Positions 23,001-32,100 of a stretch of DNA of 64,000 bases are shown here, one piece after another. The stretch's first letter is position 1; every line of letters begins with the position of its first letter. The notes beneath the pieces were generated by a model that was given only the letters and a program-made list of their open reading frames with translations, did no database searches and had not been told where the DNA came from. This DNA comes from Asterias rubens (taxonomy: Eukaryota), in NCBI RefSeq assembly GCF_902459465.1, contig NC_047071.1, positions 9,796,001 through 9,860,000 on the forward strand. The letters are read 5' to 3'. The translations under genes were made by a program, and so were the position numbers.

Positions 23001-25477
23001 TACGCTCGTTAAAAGTTGTGTTATGTCCCTTTAATGCCACCATGTTACGCTCGTTAAAAGTTGTGTTATGTCCCTTTAATGCCACCATGTTACGCTCGTT
23101 GAAAGTTGTGTTATGTCCCTTTAATGCCACCATATTACGCTCGTTGAAAGTTGTGTTATGATCCCTTTAGTGCCACCATGTTACGCTCGTTGAAAGTTGT
23201 GTTATGTCCCTTTAATGCCACCATGTTACGCTCGTTGAAAGTTGTGTTATGTCCCTTTAATGCCACCATATTACGCTCGTTGAAAGTTGTGTTATGTCCC
23301 TTTAGTGCCACCATATTACGCTCGTTAAAAGTTGTGTTATGTCCCTTTAGTGCCACCATGTTACGCTCGTTAAAAGTTGTTATGTCCCTTTAGTGCCACC
23401 ATGTTACGCTCGTTGAAAGTTGTGTTATGTCCCATTAGTGCCACCATGTTACGCTCGTTAATAATTGTGTTATGTCCCTTTAGTGCCACCATATTACGCT
23501 CGTTGAAAGTTGTGTTATGTCCCTTTAGTGCCACCATGTTACGCTCGTTAAAAGTTGTGTTATGTCCCTTTAATGCCACCATGTTACGCTCGTTAAAAGT
23601 TGTGTTATGTCCCTTTAATGCCACCATATTACGCTCGTTAAAAGTTGTGTTATGTCCCTTTAGTGCCACTATATTACGCTCGTTGAAAGTTGTGTTATGT
23701 CCCTTTAATGCCACCATATTACGCTCGTTGAAAGTTGTGTTATGTCCCTTTAATGCCACCATGTTACGCTCGTTAAAAGTTGTGTTATGTCCCTTTAATG
23801 CCACCATATTACGCTCGTTGAAAGTTGTGTTATGTCCCTTTAGTGCCACCATGTTACGCTCGTTAAAAGTTGTGTTATGTCCCTTTAATGCCACCATATT
23901 ATGCTCGTTAAAAGTTGTGTTATGTCCCTTTAATGCCACCATGTTACGCTCGTTAAAAGTTGTGTTATGTCCCTTTAATGCCACCATGTTACGCTCGTTG
24001 AAAGTTGTGTTTTGCCCTTTAATGCCACCATATTACGCTCGTTGAAAGTTGTGTTATGTCCCTTTAGTGCCACCATATTACGCTCGTTAAAAGTTGTGTT
24101 ATGTCCCTTTAGTGCCACCATGTTACGCTCGTTAAAAGTTGTTATGTCCCTTTAGTGCCACCATGTTACGCTCGTTGAAAGTTGTGTTATATCCCTTTAA
24201 TGCCACCATATTACGCTCGTTGAAAGTTGTGTTATGTCCCTTTAGTGCCACCATCTTACGCTCGTTAAAAGTTGTGTTATGTCCCTTTAATGCCACCATA
24301 TTACGCTCGTTAAAAGTTGTGTTATGTCCCTTTAATGCCACCATGTTACGCCCGTTAAAAGTTGTGTTATGTCCCTTTAATGCCACCATATTACGCTCGT
24401 TAAAAGTTGTGTTATGTCCCTTTAATGCCACCATGTTACGCTCGTTAAAAGTTGTGTTATGTCCCTTTAATGCCACCATATTACGCTCGTTAAAAGTTGT
24501 GTTATGTCCCTTTAGTGCCACCATGTTACGCTCGTTAAAAGTTGTGTTATGTCCCTTTAATGCCACCATATTACGCTCGTTAAAAGTTGTGTTATGTCCC
24601 TTTAATGCCACCATGTTACGCTCGTTAAAAGTTGAGTTGTGTCCCTTTAGTGACACCATATTACGCTCGTTAAAATGGGGTGTATACATTAAAACAAAAA
24701 TAATACTGCAGAAGTTGAACACAGTGCGCCATTTGTTGCCCAAGATGAGTTTATGACAAACAAAAAATACGACAAAGCTGGTAGTATCTCTGCGGCTTCA
24801 GCACCTTACTTAAATATCAACTTGAACGAAATTACTTAAACAAATTTTAACCGTTGTTGTTTGTTTTAATTTTTATATTACGTCGTTTCTATTGTTAAGA
24901 GCAAAAGGGTCCTGAGATAACTTTAGGGTTAGCTTCAACGCAATAAAACAACATGACAAATATAATACAATTTCTTTGTGTGTAACAGTCATATAGACAT
25001 AAATTGTGTTTTCAAGAATTGGTAATTTATAATCAAAGAGCGTTCTCTTTTCATTATTAGGGCTACCATATGTAACTGTTTCTTATTCATTATTGTAAGT
25101 TGTAGTTTTTTTCACAACAGTTTTTGAGCAATCTTGTTATTACCAAAGTTAGTTGAATGATCTTACAATCTTCAAGTTTTCAACCAGCTTTTTGTGTTCT
25201 CTTTGTGATTGTGACATCAATAAAACAGGCTTACCTCAGTGTCTTCCATATGTAGGACGAGTTCATAGTCTGGTAACACATCACTTCTGCTGTTGATATC
25301 AGCAATAGCACGCTCAGCACCAAGGAGCGCTGGGTACCCATTGGAGCGACTCCACCCATCCTTGGGCGACAACGGCAGCAGTCCACCGATGTGTAGGGCC
25401 GACTTGTTTTTTGCGTTGACAAGATCAGGCCCCCTGAAGCTTGTCAATATCAAAACGGTCGCTAAGAAATGTAACAT
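1934..25477 (-). CDS. GABA-B receptor-like class C GPCR (Venus flytrap + 7TM), 16 coding exons, 2298 nt, 765 aa
   Basis: All 16 exons found with AG/GT boundaries and matching phases; lengths sum to 766 codons including stop. Motifs: signal peptide, IGGLLP, YDAVWALALA, KMSSPQVNNLI, FGGMFTKMWRV, FGAFLAW.TR, LNDSYYVGLSIYN, LFFPK. Orthology to GABBR1 or GABBR2 is not resolvable by eye. Confidence 0.93.
2629..2821 (-). CDS. GABA-B-like exon 15 (TM6-TM7)
   Basis: CAG|(R)NINVPGLNDSYYVGLSIYN..LCMLFFPK|GTAAGA, 193 nt. Confidence 0.92.
2949..3316. mobile_element. MITE family B (AGGGTCTGGGTAC termini); partial relative at ~28068-28250
   Basis: Degenerate TIRs ending before TTAA at 3317-3320; central palindrome AAAATAATTTTCGTCTCA..TGAGACGAAAATTATTTT. 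Confidence 0.6.
3508..3771 (+). mobile_element. 5'-truncated SINE, same family
   Basis: TTGCTTCGTCCTTCAGATGGGAC..GCCCGGTGTTCCTAG core. Confidence 0.65.
3794..3939 (-). CDS. GABA-B-like exon 14 (ECL2, TM5)
   Basis: CAG|TEEHL..NCTSENSTVW..YKTFIVVFGAFLAWST|GTAATT, 146 nt. Confidence 0.9.
4380..4505 (-). CDS. GABA-B-like exon 13 (TM4)
   Basis: TAG|VIKDRQLFAVIAVLLFVDLAILIPWQVANPMRTEDRREPVVQ|GTAAAA, 126 nt. Confidence 0.9.
4620..4862 (+). mobile_element. MITE family A, degenerate partial copy
   Basis: Shares CAACATATGCA..AACCTGTG..GCTCAAT and 3' TTACCAATAGTGTCC. Confidence 0.6.
4882..4989 (-). CDS. GABA-B-like exon 12 (TM3)
   Basis: CAG|FRTWIISLGFTLSFGGMFTKMWRVYSIVIANKTKRK|GTATAC, 108 nt. Confidence 0.92.
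5342..5667 (+). mobile_element. MITE family A copy
   Basis: TTAA flanks, same body and hairpin, 3' CCAATAGTGTCCACTGCCT|TTAA. Confidence 0.8.
6083..6215 (-). CDS. GABA-B-like exon 11 (TM2)
   Basis: CAG|(K)QVKMSSPQVNNLIACG..SICV|GTGAGT, 133 nt. Confidence 0.92.
7992..8083 (-). mobile_element. SINE head fragment
   Basis: Reverse strand GGGTTCGAATCC..TGTGCCCTTAAGCAAGGCACTTTA. Confidence 0.55.
8331..8487 (-). CDS. GABA-B-like exon 10 (TM1)
   Basis: TAG|(D)GKPPHD..MSVLAVLGMVLAVLFLGFNIWKRKH|GTTAGC, 157 nt, phase 1 to 2. Confidence 0.9.
8873..8962 (-). CDS. GABA-B-like exon 9
   Basis: AAG|(A)GTETHIGTFDTAAIEITWSIPTEDIWYYS|GTAAGT, 90 nt, phase 1 to 1. Confidence 0.85.
9214..9336 (+). mobile_element. 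Gypsy reverse-transcriptase relic
   Basis: KKYGSLRICIDYRQLQNRTAFDAYPLPRIEYALDALGGA matches the Gypsy RT N-terminal block; not in the ORF track. Confidence 0.75.
9515..9578 (-). CDS. GABA-B-like exon 8
   Basis: AAG|GYVSFHETGYRIGNLLIEQNI+G|GTAAGT, 64 nt, phase 0 to 1. Confidence 0.87.
10258..10660 (+). repeat. Three diverged ~120-130-bp tandem units of a probable non-autonomous DNA transposon remnant
   Basis: TTGGATTTGCAAATTGAAATAACGT..GTAGAAACAAC recurs near 10336, 10470 and 10591. Confidence 0.65.
12379..12609 (-). CDS. GABA-B-like exon 7
   Basis: CAG|TPAEF..SYDAVWALALAF..NQTFAGMS|GTAAGT, 231 nt. Confidence 0.92.
12820..12966. mobile_element. Small MITE family with GGTTCATACTTCCTGCGAATGC-like ends; relatives at ~2320-2507 and ~56492-56660
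   Basis: Shared termini CATACTTC.TGCGAATG / TCGCATTCG..GTATGAACC in three places. Confidence 0.55.
12963..13491. mobile_element. MITE with ~45-bp TIRs (CCGGTGTGGCGGTTTCA)
   Basis: Left and right ends are near reverse complements; no TSD recognised. Confidence 0.65.
14016..14207 (-). CDS. GABA-B-like exon 6
   Basis: CAG|AYKLGMYGPDYVWMILGTY..CTTEELLTATEGY..GRSGQ|GTTCGT, 192 nt. Confidence 0.9.
14289..14690 (+). mobile_element. tRNA-derived SINE, probable Deu-domain type
   Basis: A-box-like GTGGTCGAGCG, B-box GGTTCGAGTCC, central GATGGGACGTAAA..GGGGTTCGCCCCGGTGTTCCTGG. Confidence 0.7.
14992..15057 (-). CDS. GABA-B-like exon 5
   Basis: CAG|DIDVRIIATSFYEGSVREVFCT|GTGAGT, 66 nt. Confidence 0.88.
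15375..15476 (-). CDS. GABA-B-like exon 4
   Basis: CAG|RIKQLHDDSAMGNFSIVSSETFITDPEDALKRLK|GTATAG, 102 nt. Confidence 0.85.
16684..16854 (-). CDS. GABA-B-like exon 3
   Basis: CAG|ITPGGSSTVLSNRDRYPHIYRT..FGWTRIATLNEAVEPHKG|GTAAAT, 171 nt. Confidence 0.9.
18017..18157 (-). CDS. GABA-B-like exon 2
   Basis: CAG|GDLPVGLDRLYVELLGKPPTKVAILGPLLSKIAETVAQVIGRWSIVE|GTAGGT, 141 nt; not in the ORF track. Confidence 0.88.
19123..21821. mobile_element. Foldback element with ~400-bp diverged TIRs, TAG..CTA termini (Academ-like, tentative)
   Basis: ~19125-19530 is the reverse complement of ~21215-21815 (right arm has an insertion); (TATC)n on both flanks; left-end fragment again near 57855. Confidence 0.7.
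19903..20274 (-). mobile_element. MITE family A copy, inverted, nested in foldback element
   Basis: TTAA|AGGCAGTGGACACTATTGG..ATAGTGTCCTGTCT|TTAA with body in reverse orientation. Confidence 0.8.
22121..24675. repeat. 45-bp tandem satellite, ~57 copies, in intron 1 of the GABA-B-like gene
   Basis: Unit GTTGTGTTATGTCCCTTTAATGCCACCATGTTACGCTCGTTAAAA; explains the 15-aa repeat ORFs on both strands. Confidence 0.97.
25235..25477 (-). CDS. GABA-B-like exon 1 (signal peptide, start of VFT)
   Basis: ATG at 25477; MLHFLATVLILTS..LHIGGLLP..DINSRSDVLPDYELVLHMEDTE; donor GAG|GTAAGC. Confidence 0.9.
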
Positions 25478-28317
25478 GTTTTATTTAGAATAACTAGAAG
25501 TGTTCGTTTGAGCCGGAGGCCTAAATAATCTCGGGTAGAGAATGTGGTAAGAATTTTTGTTTAGATGTGGTTGCAAAACCACAGAAAACCCAAGTGATCA
25601 ATTAGGGACTGAAAAACCAATCCACTTATATGCAAAGCGTCGTCACTGGATTGTACCCGGGGTCCGCATGGATGAAAGGTAGGGAAGAAACCACTCTGCG
25701 CCAGTCTGTGTGACCGTTAATTACATCAAGACGCGTATACGGCGAGGTCGAATTTCAAAATAGAATACTCCATGTGATGGTGACTTTTGGTTCATTCCAT
25801 TTTATTGGAAGCAAATGTGACATTCTACAGCGAGATTTTGTTACATCCCGTGAATAAAAGGTTCTCTTATTCTGGCTTAATAAAGCAGTGTCTTTTGAAG
25901 AAAAGATTAACTTATTCTGGCCTAATAAGCAGTGTCCATGTTCTATTAAATCCTTTAAGCAGCACTTAAAACATGGGATTGCAACACTATCATCCGATTA
26001 TTTTTTATTTTTTATTAATGCTACCCACATGAAATAACACACTAAAAGACCGTGGCAATTTCGCTCTCTTTGTGTTATGTTCAGCTCTTGAATTTGTTTC
26101 ATTGCGCTCATTGCAGACGCATCTAAAATTATGTATCCATTCAAAAAGGAGCGACTGGAAGGCATGGAACCTTTTTTTATGATTTCAAACTTAAATCAGA
26201 TTACAATCATATCAAGTATAGGAAAAGACGAACCTGTTTGGTTGCACATAAGACCGGCAGAATGTAGCGACCCATTAATCTATTACAGTCTAATTCTATA
26301 CTGCGACATATACAACAGGCACACAATCAGTTCACAATCAGCTCACGTTTATACGCGTAAGTTTTCTAAAAGGCTCCCTTTAAAAAAAGCAAACGCACAA
26401 TATTGTAATTCATCCTAAGTATCTTTACCAATAGTTTGTTATGCAACTTTAAAGAATATAATGCTTTACGAAGGGTGCAATGAATATAGTACAAGAAGAA
26501 AATCGCATTCAGAAACCCTCTTATCAATGACTCTAAAAGTTGATATTTCTATTATTGATAAAACTCTCAACGATGTATCAGCTTTTTAACTCAATTCGCA
26601 TAAAACCCCCAAAAGAAGGGTATTTTAAATAAAAACAATTATCACAAACAGGCATTAACGTTTTAAGCTATATGATACGTGCACTCTAAAACAATTCAGT
26701 GAGACTTGCGACCCGGATCCTGGTCCCGAACGGGCTGGACCCATTTATGGGTCAGTTACCCAGAATGTGTGTCAAATTTAATAAACGGAAAAACATATCG
26801 ATTAAAGTTCAGGTGAACCAGCCCTCAAAATCGTTAGATTTGATTTTAGTTTGTTCTACTTTATTTCCTAACGGAACTTTTAATAAACGTGCTTCGTATC
26901 CTAAAATAAAATGTTCAACACACTTTTTGTGTTATTGATCTGATGAAAGAGATCTGACATTGCCTAATACGGTTTGAGGGAATAAAACATTATTTTTAAA
27001 CCGATTCGTAAACACTACTTATGAAAGAACTGGTTTCAATGTTCTCCTTTATTATACATTCCCTTTTTTTCAAAACGTATTATTGCAAAAAGAAAATGTA
27101 TAGGCCTATAAACACACATTTCTCATTCAAGAAAAAGAAGAAAAAACGATGATTCGGCAGAAAGTTCTGCTGAGAAACGTCAACATGAAATATTGTTTAG
27201 AATAGAAGAAATGCTATTATCCTCATGTTTGAATGTACATACTACCGCGCCACATTAATAATGCTATGTTTACATATATAAGATTTCAGCGAAAAGTCGT
27301 ATGGAAGACTCTCCGCAATGAACGTGGAAGGTGAAATTCTCTCCAGAAAAGTCCTGAACAATGCCTAACATTTTGTTCCACTTGAATATAATGACGTACA
27401 GGTAGGCCTTATACCTCAATTAAGTGTAATCTCTTGAACGAGTTCCATAAAGCATCTGAACATGGCCACCCTATACAAGGAATATCTTTCATGGTTAAAT
27501 CCAAGTCTCCACCCTCAATAGACAAAACTGAAATGACACGTCAGACTTCTTTTTGTCAAGCCATGTTCCGGACATGTTTTGTTTGAGCTAGAAGGCCTAT
27601 TGTGTGAAGAGTGAATCCCGTGGTCGCATTATCGGGGCAATACGACATGTTCGGGTAACAGGCACGTCATCATTAGATCAAAGACAAAAACAAAAAACAC
27701 ACACACAATACCTAACGTGAACAAATCTGCTATATCTAGGCATCAAGGTCAATACACAGCCCTCACACATCCAACTCTCCATCCTGCTATCCGGTCGTGT
27801 TCCAGTCGGTGCCGTTGATGTGTGGCAGGCACTTTGAGGATCTCTTTTGTTTCCAAAGAGAACTACAATTTCTTTGATTTTCTGCAGACGGCACTCGGTA
27901 AAGGGTTTTAACAAATGATCCAGTTGCATTGCATTGTCAGGTCATGCAACAAAATAAGAGTTGTATTATTCGTTGAGTGCAACAACAAGCTTTTCTCTAT
28001 GCAGTTCCATTAAACGGCTTCGATCAATAGTCACGTTTCGTGGCATTTCCTCCTTGGTGTTATACTCTAAAAGGATTTGGGTACTTTTTGTAGGACACAA
28101 CACACAAACTCCAAAGATTTACATTAAACTTATAAACAGTTTGAAGACAATGACGGTATAACAAGTCACAAACAATGATTTTCGTCTCATGTACAAACAT
28201 ATTAACCAGTTATGGTAAAACACCCTCATGAGTGATGTCGATGATACGTTTTGAAGTTGTTCCTTCATAACTAATATGCCCCCCCCCCCTCCCCGCCCCT
28301 CAATCTCTTTTACCGGA

Positions 28318-28473
28318 ACACCCCAAGCGACTCTTCTCTCCAGGAGATCTGTCCAAACACGTCTACCTGAACCACTACCAAATTGCCAAACACCGTTTGA
28401 CGCTGATCTTCGTGAAAGCGATCAAAACAAAAAACATTAAACGAAACCTTATGCCGACAATCGACGTAAAAAC
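28318..28473 (+). mobile_element. Degraded Gypsy-type integrase C-terminal relic
   Basis: TPQATLLSRRSVQTRLPE..DLRESDQNKKH*TKPYADNRR resembles SPA.LL..R..RTRLP..YAD.RR. Confidence 0.45.
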
Positions 28474-28496
28474 ATGAATGAAGTTTTGTTTCCTAT

Positions 28497-28735
28497 GGGT
28501 GCGTTCGACTAGCTTCCCTGGGTCGACCTCGTCGTGCTCACTCGGGTGAGCCCTGACAATAGCTAATCGAACGATCACACTCGCCCTCTCGTGGTAACGG
28601 CATGCACCTCGGGTCACCCCCAAGTGACCCACTCCACAAGCAGGGCACTGGGGGCTGACCCGGGTGAGCCCCTAGAATGACGTCAAAGATATTCGAACGC
28701 ACAGGGGGCAGACCGGGGTCGACCCAGGGAAGCTA
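28497..28735. mobile_element. GC-rich MITE with TAGCTTCCCTGGGTCGACC inverted termini
   Basis: TAGCTTCCCTGGGTCGACC near 28510 and GGTCGACCCAGGGAAGCTA ending 28735. Confidence 0.65.
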
Positions 28736-28737
28736 CA

Positions 28738-29072
28738 AGGAACTCATTGCCTTGGATCGGACGAGTTGGTCTATAAAAAGCGTTTGAAACAGTTTGTTAT
28801 GAAATGTATATGGTTAGAAAGATGTTTTAAAAGTAGAATATAATGATCCACACAAGTATCACTCAAAATTGCACAGTTTTCCATTTACGCGCGAACTAAC
28901 ACGATCGGCCATTTATTGGAGTCATAAATTTGACTCCCAAAAATGGCCGACCGTGTTAGTCGACGAGGTAAAAAGAAAACCACGCAATTTCGAGGCATGT
29001 TTGTGTAGATCATTGTATTCTACTTTTACAACATCTTTCTACCCATATGCAATTCATAACAAACGGTTTCAT
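28738..29072. mobile_element. MITE family C, longer copy with central palindrome
   Basis: Left arm matches 58260 onward; centre GGCCATTT..GGAGTCA..TGACTCC..AAATGGCC; right end degraded. Confidence 0.7.
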
Positions 29073-29289
29073 GTACACTATATATAAACTATTGTTGTTT
29101 GCAAATACATACATTTGGTCATTATTTGTGTTGTCATTATTTGTGTTGTCATTATTATGGAAGTGTACATGTAGGCTTCTGGTTTTTTATTTTTTTTTTA
29201 TTTTTTTTTTTTTTATTTCTGCTCACCAAGTTGAATGTTGTTACCATGTTAATCATGACAACAGGGGACAAGTTTATTGCACATAAGTG

Positions 29290-29565
29290 CTAAATTAATA
29301 AATTTGAACCACACATAATTTTATAAGCCATAGTAATTTACATTTTGTGTCTTTCAGAGGGGTGGGTGGTTCAAATTGAATTAATCAATTTGAACCACAC
29401 ACCTAATTTTATAAGCCATAGTAATTTACATTTTGTGTCTTTCAGAGGGGTGGGTGGTTCAAATTAAATTAAACAATTTGAACCACCCACCCCTCTGAAA
29501 GACACAAAATGAAATAATATACATGTACATTTATACGTAAATTATTATGGCTTATAAAATTATTT
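29290..29565. repeat. Local direct plus inverted repeat with perfect 37-bp hairpin
   Basis: Stem 29429-29465 pairs with 29475-29511 (9-nt loop); an extra direct copy at 29341-29377. Confidence 0.9.
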
Positions 29566-29649
29566 GTCACTCCCTCCGGATCATTATAACTAGGAAAATT
29601 GTTACGACTGAAGACAAATAAACCAAAACAAAGCTGCCTAATCTGTTGG

Positions 29650-30611
29650 TGGATACGAAAATCCTTCAATCGTTCTGTACATCAGGGTTTGGAAAAGTCC
29701 TTCGTGTTGCTGCCATCAAACATGATGTCAGTGGCAGCGGTTGAACGGCCAAGATAGTCCCAAGCTCACCACTTGCTGATATTCAACATTGCAATATTTT
29801 CTGTAAAACAAAACAAAATAATTCATACAAAATTATTAACAAAACAATTGTGGTTTGCATGGTGAAGTGTCGATATTGTAGGTGTGTACCTGAATTGCTT
29901 TAAAACTGTACCCATGCCAGAAGGCAATCATAATCCAAAGTAACAGTTACATACATTGTACATGTATGTAATGAATGCTGTGAGATATTTGTGTAGATGC
30001 ACATGTGTCAACCACCACGCAGTTACTACTTGGTGGAGAAAAACAACAACATAGCTTAACTACAATATCAGCTTAAATTGATACTGTATGAATTTTGCCA
30101 ATAAGTTATAAAACGCAAGACAAAAGTACCCCTCCCCTCACATTTCTACTGACTAAGTGCATGTGTTGTCCACATACATGTATTATACAATGTAACGTGA
30201 ATGGAGGTAACAAATAAACCTTGTCCATCATGTTCGTTCATGTTTTAATTTAGTCAAGGATAGCCTTCAACTATTTGGCAGCAGAAATAAACTGATCAAA
30301 CGAGGCATCATTCAGTATAATTCATGAATCATTTTGTGGCCTTACCAGTCCGTCTTTAGCCGTCGATCATCAGGGTTTGGCTCATCGTCTTCGGCCTGAC
30401 GATCAGCGTCCCCGGACTGGTTAACTGCAGGTACCGCAAATGGCTCAAACCGGTATGGCTCATCAACGGCAACGCCACGTACTCTTTCTTCCTAACACTT
30501 CTGGTGAGCTCCCCTCATCGCTAGAGCCCTCACTTTCCTCTGAAGTGCCTCCCGGAAATGCCTTTTCCTCATCTATACTGTGGTTTTCCCAAACTCGCTG
30601 CTATCGGACAT
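29650..30611 (-). pseudogene. Decayed KolX / P2X7-ballast-like cysteine-rich domain gene of a Kolobok transposon
   Basis: Exon 30611-30346: acidic N-terminus, EPYRFEP..DDRRLKTDW|GT, two frameshifts. Exon 29800-29650: KYCNVEYQQVV / WDYLGR / PLTSCLMAATRRTFPNPD / EGFSYP across frameshifts. Middle Cys-rich exon not found. Confidence 0.7.
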
Positions 30612-30699
30612 TTTCGCTGTTTTTTTTTTTGTTTTTTTTTTTTGAAAAAAATGCAGCCTATATAGCGTCCGATGTTATTCCGCACTCAATGATATAAAA

Positions 30700-30997
30700 T
30701 TCACGCACACGATCGACCCAATACACTGTGTACAGAGCTTCGGTACGTGGTGTGACGTCACACACAGCGTATGAATGGTTCGTGGGTCACCGGCTTTTGA
30801 ATAACGGCCAATGGTGACATCATAAATGAACCGGATAGAGAGAAAAGACAAAGAGGAAGTTTCAGTGTTATTTTAATTTTTTTCGACTTTGATGTATGTT
30901 GTTTTCTCGTTGTGAAGCCAAGGACTCTCAGAAATGCGAGCTTACACACTGTACAGCCGGATTGGAAGTTAATCTCGGCTTAGACCATGCAGCAACC
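30700..30997 (-). mobile_element. Probable Kolobok terminus upstream of the KolX relic
   Basis: ..CCATGCAGCAACC|TTAA at 30997/30998-31001 (GG terminus on the minus strand); partner end not found. Confidence 0.45.
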
Positions 30998-31004
30998 TTA
31001 AACT

Positions 31005-31624
31005 CACAGCCATCCGAGGAAGAATTTATACTATTGGTAAGTTAATCATGCAGGGGAACTTCGTGTTGTTCGTACTAACGACGGTTCCAATGGAGCTTTT
31101 CGAATTGGACATAAACTGAAACGGGTTGTGAATGTTTATGACACGCATGTTCTGAAACTGGCAAGAAAAGGGGCAATTTTGTTTAATGGAAGACACGAAT
31201 GTACTGTCATTCAGGAAGTTTTGAATAAAAAAACAAATCTATTTTTGGTTGAACTATGACAACATTACTAGAGTGGGAAACGAACCAGTGACTTCTTGCT
31301 CAACCAACTGAACTATAGAGACATGTTTGTATCCGTTTCTACAAATATTGAAAAGGTAAAACAAACACTGAAATCAGTTTTTTCCCCCCACGGAAATGTT
31401 ATCTCGTTTACCTCGAAGTAACATTTACAGGGATCGAAGTAATTAAACAAAAAGTTGGGGTGCCAGCCAAAGGCCATACAACCAGCATCAGAGGGATCAC
31501 CGTCAGGGGAAAAATTTGGGTTAGAAAAGTCGAACAGAGCAGAATTTGAACCTGCGAACTCCGGATTAACAAGCCGTCGCTTTACAAACGTATTCCTTTG
31601 ATGTTGGTGGTCGTCCAATTTTTG
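31005..31624 (+). repeat. ~620-bp segment duplicated at 44397-45060
   Basis: Near-identical from CACAGCCATCCGAGGAAG to GGTCGTCCAATTTT; second copy has a ~45-bp insertion. Confidence 0.92.
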
Positions 31625-31708
31625 TTGACCCGGAAGTAGAGGTCAAATTGAGGTCACGGTTTTTCCAAGTTTTTCTCCTATCCCCCAAGGAGTCTTATAA
31701 CTACAAAC

Positions 31709-32100
31709 AGTCGACATTATTAAAGAAGAATGTCGTCATCATGTGATAAATGATCTCGGAATGTTGACATCCTAAAAGTAGGATGTCGTCTTCCTGTGAT
31801 AATTTATCTTGGGATGTCGACATCCTAAAAGTAGGATGTCGTCTTGCTGTGATAATTTATCTCGGTATGTCGACAGCCTAAACGTCAGTTGTCATCTTCC
31901 TGTGATAATTTATCTCGGGAAGTCGACATTCTAAAAGAAGAATGTCGTCTTCCTGTGATAATTTATCTCGGAATGTCGATATCCCAAAAGTAGGATGTCG
32001 TCTTGCTGTGATAATTTATCTCGGGAAGTCAACATCCTAAAATTAGGATGTCGTCTTCCTGTGATAATTTATCTCGGGAAGTCGACATCCCTAAAGTAGG
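31709..32100. repeat. 53-bp tandem array, ~7 copies
   Basis: ATGTCGTCTTCCTGTGATAATTTATCTCGGGAAGTCGACATCCTAAAAGTAGG; unit starts at 31730, 31783, 31836, 31889, 31942, 31995 and 32048. Confidence 0.93.

Noticed and set aside
22053-24756. Long repeat ORFs (MVALKGHNTTFNERN and MLRSLKVVLCPFNAT) as proteins
   Set aside because: They follow from a 45-bp unit divisible by 3, are open on both strands, are broken by indels and lie inside an intron.
27678-27929. 83-aa minus-strand ORF as an upstream exon or separate gene
   Set aside because: No recognisable motif and no supportable splice partner.
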